A stretch of 64,000 bases of DNA from an uncultured bacterium (GTDB taxonomy: Bacteria; Chloroflexota; UBA5177; JANWHV01), in the NCBI GenBank assembly GCA_963827235.1, contig CAWHAE010000012.1, positions 800,001 to 864,000 of the forward strand, written 5' to 3'. Made by a program: the position numbers and the translations under genes. The notes beneath the pieces are model-generated. The model searched no databases and was not told the origin of the DNA. It was given only the letters and a program-made list of their open reading frames with translations. This document shows positions 57,171-64,000 of the stretch, one piece after another (the stretch's first letter is position 1; every line of letters begins with the position of its first letter).

Positions 57171-58445
57171 GTGACCGAGGCGAAACGAGACGGCGTTGCC
57201 TCGCCACAGGCACCGCCGGTTGATGCTCTGCTTTCCAAGAGCGCCATCGTCGTCCCTACGTACTGGGGTCGTTCCCACGGCTTCCGGCGGCCCGGAGACA
57301 GCACCGAAGACCACCCCACGCCGGCCAACGAGCAGGGCACGATGGCCAGGCTGCTGGCCAGCCTGCAGCGGCTCGCCGAGAAGCCGAGTGTAGTGCTTGT
57401 CCTGATCTCCAGCTCGGCGCCGGACGTGGCTACCAGCGCCGCGTGGCGTGTCGACACCGTTCGCGACATGTATCCCGATCTGCCCATCGCCCTCTGGCTG
57501 CCTACGCACGTGCAGATTCTGCACGGACGGCTTCGCTCGCTGGGACACGACGATTGGACACTGTGGTTCGATTCCCGCGGCTATCCGCTGATCAGGAACA
57601 TGCAGCTCCTGGTGCCCTACGTGCTCGGCATGGAGCTGGTAGTGGCACTCGACGACGACGAGACCGTCGAAGAGCCCCATTTCATGCGACGCGCCGCCGA
57701 GGCGATCGTGCGCGGCGACGCGGCCGGTAACCGCGTGTTCGGTGCAGGCGGCCACTACCTCGACGAGGAAGGCCGGCGCACGCACGAAGTCGCGGAGAGC
57801 GAGAAGCGCCAATCGAACCCCTTCGAGAAGAAGACCTACCTCATGAACGGCATCCTGGAGCGCATTGACTCCATGCCCGGCGAGGTCGTGCCCAGCGCCT
57901 TCGCTCTCGGCGGCAACATGAGCTTCAGCCGCGAGCTGATGGCGAGGGTCGGCTTCGATCCCGCCATCGCTCGAGGCGAGGATATCGACTATGTGCTGAA
58001 CGCGGCGCTCGCCGGCATCCCGTATCATTTCGACAAGGAGCGCCCTATCCGCCACCTGCCTCCGGAAGGGCGCTCGTATAGGGACTTCGACTACGTGAAG
58101 CTGCAGCAGGACGTGCGCCGCTTCATCTACGAGCGCGAGAAGCTCCGAGCCGCCGGCAACATGGGTAACCCGGCCCTCGTTCGCCCCGAGGATCTCGACC
58201 CGTATCCGGGTGCGTTCCTGCGCGACGATCTGGAGGCCCAAGCAGTTGAGTCCCTTACCTTGCACCGGCCGAAGGTCTACGACACGAGCATTCCGGAGGC
58301 CGGCGTGTTCGTGCACAACGCGCTGCAGTTCGCGCGGACTGCCGCCGCGAGCTACCTCGGCTTCGCGCGCGACTGGCCCCAGGCGATGGCTCAGATGGCG
58401 GACGACCGCGTTTTGAGGCACATCATGCGCGGCATCCTTCCGTGA
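57171..58445 (+). CDS. GT-A fold (GT2-like) putative glycosyltransferase
   Basis: IVVPTY, RN..LL, ALDDDE (DxD), GGNM.F, GFDP...RGEDIDY; start uncertain. Confidence 0.7.
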   Translation: MTEAKRDGVASPQAPPVDALLSKSAIVVPTYWGRSHGFRRPGDSTEDHPTPANEQGTMARLLASLQRLAEKPSVVLVLISSSAPDVATSAAWRVDTVRDMYPDLPIALWLPTHVQILHGRLRSLGHDDWTLWFDSRGYPLIRNMQLLVPYVLGMELVVALDDDETVEEPHFMRRAAEAIVRGDAAGNRVFGAGGHYLDEEGRRTHEVAESEKRQSNPFEKKTYLMNGILERIDSMPGEVVPSAFALGGNMSFSRELMARVGFDPAIARGEDIDYVLNAALAGIPYHFDKERPIRHLPPEGRSYRDFDYVKLQQDVRRFIYEREKLRAAGNMGNPALVRPEDLDPYPGAFLRDDLEAQAVESLTLHRPKVYDTSIPEAGVFVHNALQFARTAAASYLGFARDWPQAMAQMADDRVLRHIMRGILP

Positions 58446-59996
58446 TCATGGCAGCGGCCGCTTCCACCTGAGGTTCGGCCGGCGCGCCGCCAGCGCTTCG
58501 TCGATGCGCGTCACCGGCGTGAAGTGCGGCGCGCTGAGAATCTCCTCGCCGCCTTCCTCGACCTCCCGGGCCACGGCCAGCAGCGCCTCGGCAAAGCCGT
58601 CGAGCGTTGCCCGATCTTCCGTTTCGGTGGGCTCGATCATCAGGCACTCGTCGACGATGTGCGGGAAATAGACGGTCGGCGGATGATAACCGTAGTCGAG
58701 CAGACGCTTGGCTATGTCGACCGTCTTCACGCCGTGCCTTTTCTGGCGCTTCCCCGATAGCACGAACTCGTGCATGCAGTGCGCCGGGAACGGCACGTCG
58801 AAGGCGTCGCTCAGCAGCCCGCGCAGGTAGTTGGCGTTCAGCACGGCGTCCCGGCTCGCCTGCGCCAGTCCGTCCGGGCCCATCGAGCGGATATACACGT
58901 AGGCGCGGATCAGCAGGCCCACATTGCCAAAGAAGCTCCGCACGCGGCCGATGCTGAGCGGCCTGTCGTCCACGAGGCGGTAGTGGTCAGTGCCGTCGGC
59001 GCCGGTGAATCGCTCGATCTGCGGCACGGGCAGGAATGGGGCAAGGGCGGCCGTCACGCCGACCGGTCCCGTGCCAGGGCCGCCGCCGCCGTGCGGCGTG
59101 GTCATGGTCTTGTGCAGGTTGAAGTGCACGACGTCGAAGCCCATGTCTCCGGGTCGCGTGGTGCCGAGGATAGCATTCAGATTGGCGCCATCGTAGTATA
59201 GCCGGCCTCCCGCGGCATGCACGATGCCGGCAATCTCCACGATGTCCTTCTCGAACAGGCCGCACGTGTTGGGGTTGGTGAGCATCAGGGCGGCGGTGCG
59301 CGGGCCAACCAATCGACGAAGGTCGTCGACGTCGACAGTGCCCTGCTCGTTCGATTTCACCTGCACGACGCTGTAGCCCGCCGCGGCCGCGCTGGCCGGA
59401 TTGGTGCCATGGGCTGTGTCGGGTACCAGCACCTCGGTGCGGTGGTCGCCTCGGCTCTCGTGGTAGGCGCGGATCATCATCAAGCCCGTGAGCTCCCCGT
59501 GTGCCCCGGCCGCGGGCTGCAAGCTGAAGGCATCCATACCGCCCACCGCGCAGAGATAGGTCTGCAGGCTGTAGAGCAGCGAGAGCACCCCCTGCACGCT
59601 GTCGTCCGGCTGGTGGGGATGGAGAGACGACCAGCGCGGATCCGAGACGACGCTCTCGTGCAGCTTGGGATTGTACTTCATCGTGCACGAGCCCAGGGGA
59701 TAGAACCCTCCGTCAATGCTGTAGTTGAGCTGCGACAGCCGGGTGAAGTGGCGAACGACCTGCAGCTCGCTCATCTCGGGCAACTCGGCACTTTCGGCTC
59801 GCTGCAGATGCGGAGGCAGCAGCGCCGACAGCGGCTGTTCCGGCACATCGCACGCCGGCAGTGAGAAGGCGGACCGGCCCGGCGACGAGAGCTCAAACAC
59901 CGTGGGCTCGACTACTTTCCGCTGGGCCGTCGTCACGGCAGCGCGCGATCGCGCCGCTATTTCCTCGTGTATCGTGGCAAGCTTGTCGCTGATCAT
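58446..59996 (-). CDS. gcvPB: Glycine dehydrogenase subunit 2
   Basis: [54 protein letters not shown]. Confidence 0.96.
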   Translation of the reverse strand: MISDKLATIHEEIAARSRAAVTTAQRKVVEPTVFELSSPGRSAFSLPACDVPEQPLSALLPPHLQRAESAELPEMSELQVVRHFTRLSQLNYSIDGGFYPLGSCTMKYNPKLHESVVSDPRWSSLHPHQPDDSVQGVLSLLYSLQTYLCAVGGMDAFSLQPAAGAHGELTGLMMIRAYHESRGDHRTEVLVPDTAHGTNPASAAAAGYSVVQVKSNEQGTVDVDDLRRLVGPRTAALMLTNPNTCGLFEKDIVEIAGIVHAAGGRLYYDGANLNAILGTTRPGDMGFDVVHFNLHKTMTTPHGGGGPGTGPVGVTAALAPFLPVPQIERFTGADGTDHYRLVDDRPLSIGRVRSFFGNVGLLIRAYVYIRSMGPDGLAQASRDAVLNANYLRGLLSDAFDVPFPAHCMHEFVLSGKRQKRHGVKTVDIAKRLLDYGYHPPTVYFPHIVDECLMIEPTETEDRATLDGFAEALLAVAREVEEGGEEILSAPHFTPVTRIDEALAARRPNLRWKRPLP

Positions 59997-61339
59997 CGCG
60001 CGCGCACCTCGTCTAGCGCCCGCACCAGGGCGTCGATGTCGTCTTTACCGTTCTCTTCCGTACAGCACACGAGCAGCCCGTGGTCGATACCCGGCATGCC
60101 GTCCACCGGGATTCCGGGGAGAATACCGCGCTCGATCAGTGCATCCCGAATAGCGGCGCCCGGCACCGGCGTGCGCACGACGAATTCGTGGAAGAACGGG
60201 GACGGGAAGGCGGGCACATACCCTGCGATGCCGCCGATCTGCACGGCGGCATAGTGCGCCTTCTGCACGCAGAGGCTCGCCACGTGGCGCAGGCCTTGCT
60301 TGCCCATGTAGCTCAGGTAGATGGTGGCGGTGGTGGCACACAGCGCGTGATTTGAGCAGATGTTGCTGGTCGCCTTCTCGCGACGGATATCCTGCTCGCG
60401 CGCCCTGAGGGTCATGACGAAGGCCCGCCGCCCCTGGGTGTCCAAGCTGGCGCCCACGATGCGCCCCGGGAGGCGCCGCATGAGCGCTTCGCGGCAGGCA
60501 ATGAAGCCTGCGTAGGGCCCGCCATACGAGAGGGGAATGCCGAACGGTTGGGCGTCGCCCACTGCGATGTCTGCTCCGACCTCGCCGGGAGAACTCAGCA
60601 GGGCTAGCGACAACGGATTGACGCACGCTACGTAGAGGGCCCCGGCCGCGTGCGCGGCCTCTGCAAGCACAGTCTGGTCCTCGACGACGCCGAAGAAATT
60701 CGGCGACTGCGCCATCACCACGGCTGTACTCTCGTCGAGCACGAGGCGCAAGCGCGCGAGATCCGCGGCGCCCTGCGCGGCCGGTACCTCGGTCAGCGAG
60801 AGCCCCTGGCTCCAGCAGTAGGTGCGCAACACCTGAAGATACTGGGGATTGAGCGTTCCCGCCACCACCACGCCGCGGCGGCCTGTAGCATTCACGGCCA
60901 TCATCGCCGCTTCCGCGCAGGCGGTGGCCGCATCGTACAGCGAGGCGTTGGCAACGTCCAGACCGGTCAGCCCGCAGATCATGCTCTGCCACTCGTAGAT
61001 CGCCTGCAGCGTGCCCTGGCTCACCTCGGGCTGGTAGGGAGTGTAGGCGGTGACGAACTCGCCGCGCGCGACGAGCGCGGAGACGACCGCCGGGATGTGA
61101 TGATGGTAGGCGCCTCCCCCGAGGAAGGAGCGCGCGCCGGCATACATGCTGTTGCGCCTCGCCAGCCCTTCCAGCTCGCGAATGATCTCGGGCTCTGAGG
61201 CCGCGGCCGGCAAGTCAAGCGGGCCGCAGCGCAGGTCGGCCGGAATGCCGGCCAGCAGATCGTCCATGGTCGAGGCGCCGAGCGAGTCGAGCATGGCGTG
61301 GCGGTCGGCATCGGTGTGCGGCAAATACGGTATTGGCAT
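59993..61339 (-). CDS. gcvPA: Glycine dehydrogenase subunit 1
   Basis: [48 protein letters not shown]. Confidence 0.96.
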   Translation of the reverse strand: MPIPYLPHTDADRHAMLDSLGASTMDDLLAGIPADLRCGPLDLPAAASEPEIIRELEGLARRNSMYAGARSFLGGGAYHHHIPAVVSALVARGEFVTAYTPYQPEVSQGTLQAIYEWQSMICGLTGLDVANASLYDAATACAEAAMMAVNATGRRGVVVAGTLNPQYLQVLRTYCWSQGLSLTEVPAAQGAADLARLRLVLDESTAVVMAQSPNFFGVVEDQTVLAEAAHAAGALYVACVNPLSLALLSSPGEVGADIAVGDAQPFGIPLSYGGPYAGFIACREALMRRLPGRIVGASLDTQGRRAFVMTLRAREQDIRREKATSNICSNHALCATTATIYLSYMGKQGLRHVASLCVQKAHYAAVQIGGIAGYVPAFPSPFFHEFVVRTPVPGAAIRDALIERGILPGIPVDGMPGIDHGLLVCCTEENGKDDIDALVRALDEVRAR

Positions 61340-61512
61340 GAAGCGCTGATCCCTTGCATTTTCACATTGATCGAGGTCGTGTCACGACGCAGCGAGCTCA
61401 GCGGCTGCTCGCGTGCGACTATCCCTGCTGGGTCGGCTTGAGCCGCCGGATTCTGCCACGCATTGCGCGGGCATGGTGGCGGTACCGGCGCGAGTAGCCG
61501 CGCCGCGGCGCC

Positions 61513-61884
61513 TCAGTGCGCGGCAGACTGCTCGTAGGCAGCGCGATCCATCAGTTGCGCGCGGTCGGCGGCATTGCCGGATACCTTCAACAGCCAGCCC
61601 TCGCCGAACGGGCTGCTATTGACGAGCTCGGGCTTATCCACCAGCGCCGTATTGACTTCCACCACGGTGAGGTCGATCGGTGCGTAGAGGTCCGAGGTCG
61701 TCTTTACCGACTCGATCGTCCCGAATGACTCTCCGGCCTTGAACGCCTTGCCGGCCGCCGGCAATTCGACATAAACCACGTCACCGAGCTGGTCCTGCGC
61801 GAAGTCGCTGATACCGAGCGTCATGGGCTCTCCGTCGCTGATCCACTCGTGACTGCTTGCGTAGCGCAGAAGATCGGGATTCAC
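61513..61884 (-). CDS. gcvH: Glycine cleavage H protein
   Basis: HEW, GISDFAQDQLGDVVYVELP, lipoyl-Lys ESVK, PELVN..P.GEGWL. Confidence 0.96.
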   Translation of the reverse strand: MNPDLLRYASSHEWISDGEPMTLGISDFAQDQLGDVVYVELPAAGKAFKAGESFGTIESVKTTSDLYAPIDLTVVEVNTALVDKPELVNSSPFGEGWLLKVSGNAADRAQLMDRAAYEQSAAH

Positions 61885-61964
61885 CTCTGTTCCTCCTGTG
61901 ACTAGACGCCTGCGACCGCGGAGTCAAGCATGAGCTCTCCGCGATGATCGGTAACTGACATCGG

Positions 61965-63170
61965 CTAGACCTGCTTGCGACGCCGGTAGAACGGCGTTTT
62001 GACAACCGTAGCGGGGTGAGCTTGGTCGCGTACGCCCACGGCGAGCGTGGTCCCCACGATGGATTGCGCGACGGGCACGTAGGCCAGGGCAATGCCTCGA
62101 GACAGCGTCGGCGAGAAACCGCCGCTCGTGACCTCGCCGATCCGAGCGCCTGCCGTGTCGAGAACCGGATAGTGCGCACGCGGCACCGCCCGATCGTCCA
62201 TGGCCAGACCGGCGAGCACCCGTGTCAGGCCCTCGCTCTGCCGCCTTACAAGAGCCTCGCGCCCCCTGAAGTGCTCCTTGTCCAGCCTTACCCAGCGGCC
62301 GAGGCCGGCCTCCAGGGGTGTCGTAGAATCCGTGAGCTCGTTGCCATAGAGCGGCAGCCGTGCCTCCAGGCGAAGTGTGTCGCGGGCCCCGAGACCTACG
62401 GGACGCAGCCCCGCGCCCACCCCGGCACCGCGCAGCGCGTTCCAGGCATTCACCGCCTGACCGGCATCGACGAGAATCTCGAACCCATCCTCTCCGGTAT
62501 AGCCCGTTCTCGCCACGGTAGCGCTGAGCCCAGCCACCACGCACTCGACCAGGCCAAACGAGGGTATGGCGCTGAGCCGCTCGTCCGTGAGCGCCTGCAG
62601 AATGCTCTCCGCCCGCGGTCCCTGGATGGCGATCAGCGCAGTATCCGCGCTGCGATCCTCGATCGCCGTCGTTTCCTGCATCCCCTCCTCGCGCCGTACC
62701 CGGCTCAGCCAGTTCCAGTCCTTTTCGACGTTGGCGGCGTTCACCACCAGCAGGTAATGAGTGCGCTCGGGCCCCGGCAGATGGTAGACGATGATGTCGT
62801 CCACGATCGTTCCGTCGTCGCGGCACATGGGTGAATACATGGCACGGGAGGGCCGGATGGCATCCACGTCGTTAGTGATCAGCGTATTGACGAGTCGGAA
62901 AGCGTCCATCCCGCTCACGTAGAACTCGCCCATGTGCGAGAGGTCGAACAGCCCCGCGACCGCTCGCGTGGCTCTGTGCTCGTCGACTATGCTGCCGTAG
63001 TCGATCGGCATGTGCCAGCCGCCGAAGGGTGCCATGCGCGCACCCAGTGCTACGTGCTGCCCGTGTAGAGGCGTCTCTCGGAGCTTCTCGGCTGCGGGCA
63101 CAGAGGCGGCAGACCGTTCGGGCTGCCCGCTATCTGCGTTTCCGCTCTCAGGTGCCGCGCCACCGCTCAT
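61965..63170 (-). CDS. gcvT: Aminomethyltransferase (glycine cleavage T protein)
   Basis: TPLH..H..LGA.M..FGGW.MP, FDLSHMGE, RTGYTGEDGFE, GLGARDTLRLEA..PLYG.E, G.VTSG. Confidence 0.96.
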   Translation of the reverse strand: MSGGAAPESGNADSGQPERSAASVPAAEKLRETPLHGQHVALGARMAPFGGWHMPIDYGSIVDEHRATRAVAGLFDLSHMGEFYVSGMDAFRLVNTLITNDVDAIRPSRAMYSPMCRDDGTIVDDIIVYHLPGPERTHYLLVVNAANVEKDWNWLSRVRREEGMQETTAIEDRSADTALIAIQGPRAESILQALTDERLSAIPSFGLVECVVAGLSATVARTGYTGEDGFEILVDAGQAVNAWNALRGAGVGAGLRPVGLGARDTLRLEARLPLYGNELTDSTTPLEAGLGRWVRLDKEHFRGREALVRRQSEGLTRVLAGLAMDDRAVPRAHYPVLDTAGARIGEVTSGGFSPTLSRGIALAYVPVAQSIVGTTLAVGVRDQAHPATVVKTPFYRRRKQV

Positions 63171-63206
63171 GCCGAAGTCCTTTGCAGGCCACTATGCTGC
63201 GCCAGT

Positions 63207-63258
63207 AAAGACAAAAGAGCGGAGCCTTTGGGGCAAGCAGCCCGCAAAGCTCCGCTCT
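63207..63258 (-). terminator. Intrinsic terminator, expression platform of the glycine riboswitch
   Basis: Minus strand AGAGCGGAGC...GCTCCGCTCT stem followed by TTTGTCTTT. Confidence 0.85.
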
Positions 63259-63410
63259 GTTCTCGCCGGACCCGTCTCGCAGCAGACGCACCGGCACCTG
63301 TTCAGAGCACCGTCCAGCCGGAATCCTGTTGCCTGAGAGATTCGCCCGGCAAGCGAGCTTTCCCCTTCGGCGCCGTGCCACGCCCGGCACGATCTCTTTT
63401 CCGACCTTCT
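63254..63410 (-). ncRNA. Glycine riboswitch (singlet aptamer plus ghost aptamer)
   Basis: Minus strand GGAAAAGAGA...CGCCGAAGGGG...TCTCTCAGGC, with P1 GTCGGAA/TTCCGGC, upstream of gcvT. Confidence 0.88.
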
Positions 63411-63426
63411 CCCGGTAGCTAGTCAC

Positions 63427-63455
63427 AGTGTAGGTGGTGTGCGGGGGAAAATCAA
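63427..63455 (-). promoter_or_regulatory. Promoter of the gcv leader
   Basis: Minus strand TTGATT-17-TACACT just upstream of the riboswitch. Confidence 0.55.
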
Positions 63456-63982
63456 ATCGAAAGCAGTCCGTGCAGGTAGGCGAGGCACTCGTCGACACAG
63501 GCGTCGAGCGAGCGTTCGGTCCGCAACAGGAGCTTCGGCGGGCCGATTGGCTCGGACTCCGCCTTGAGCTTGCTATAGAGGGCGTAGTCGCGGTTCCGCG
63601 CCGCGTGGGCTTCGTCCGCAACGTCGCGCTCGATACGGGCACGAGCGACCTCGTCGGGGCACACGCACTCGACCCAGCAGAGTGCTATCCCCCGACCCTG
63701 CGCGAAGGCTGTCACCTGGTCGCGCTGGTAGCGGCGGACAAACGGTCTACCGTCCAGCAGCACGGTGTGCTCGCGGTTCTTCCCAAACAGGTAGGCAGCT
63801 ACCTCGAGCATGATCGACACGCAGAAGTCGTCCTGTTCGGTCGAGTATTCGATCTCCTGCGGCGGAAAGAGGGCCGCACGAACGGCATCCTTGTCCAGGA
63901 TGATGCCGCCGAGACGGTCCGCCAAGGCACGGCCGACTCTGGTTTTGCCGGTACCCGGCAGTCCCGCGAGCGCTATCAACAT
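63452..63982 (-). CDS. P-loop kinase (AAA_33 family)
   Basis: GLPGTGKT Walker A, DKD.VR..LF, VLLDG, lid motif RARIERD. Confidence 0.85.
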   Translation of the reverse strand: MLIALAGLPGTGKTRVGRALADRLGGIILDKDAVRAALFPPQEIEYSTEQDDFCVSIMLEVAAYLFGKNREHTVLLDGRPFVRRYQRDQVTAFAQGRGIALCWVECVCPDEVARARIERDVADEAHAARNRDYALYSKLKAESEPIGPPKLLLRTERSLDACVDECLAYLHGLLSI

Positions 63983-64000
63983 CTCTGCAACCTAGCCGCA

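Noticed and set aside
56853-58421. 522-aa minus-strand ORF
   Set aside because: Antisense shadow of the GT-A gene and kinase tail.

Overview
High-GC bacterial chromosomal window, densely coding; I found no rRNA, tRNA, CRISPR array or recognisable transposase/integrase. The gene mix (F420-dependent LLM and PPOX enzymes, split GcvPA/GcvPB, a Hanks kinase, an XRE-NB-ARC regulator, SBBP and WD40 propeller proteins) suggests a soil Chloroflexota-like organism, which is an inference. Contents: three sugar ABC transporter loci with their regulators and catabolic enzymes, a two-component pair, a ferritin, an AceE-type E1, and a glycine-riboswitch-controlled gcvT-H-PA-PB operon. There are also gene relics: a PAS fragment, a truncated EAL domain, creatininase and SBP fragments, and an E1-alpha fragment. 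The most striking observation is at 54.7-57.1 kb. A lipoprotein cupredoxin with a complete type-1 copper ligand set (His, Cys, His, Gln) lies directly upstream of a membrane Ser/Thr kinase whose extracellular domain is a clear paralogue of that cupredoxin, but with the copper site remodelled (His to Cys, His to Phe, Gln to Val). Four 11-bp-periodic OmpR/PhoB-type repeats lie upstream. This is a candidate undescribed copper/redox-sensing kinase system. All family assignments come from reading motifs by eye, not from database searches.
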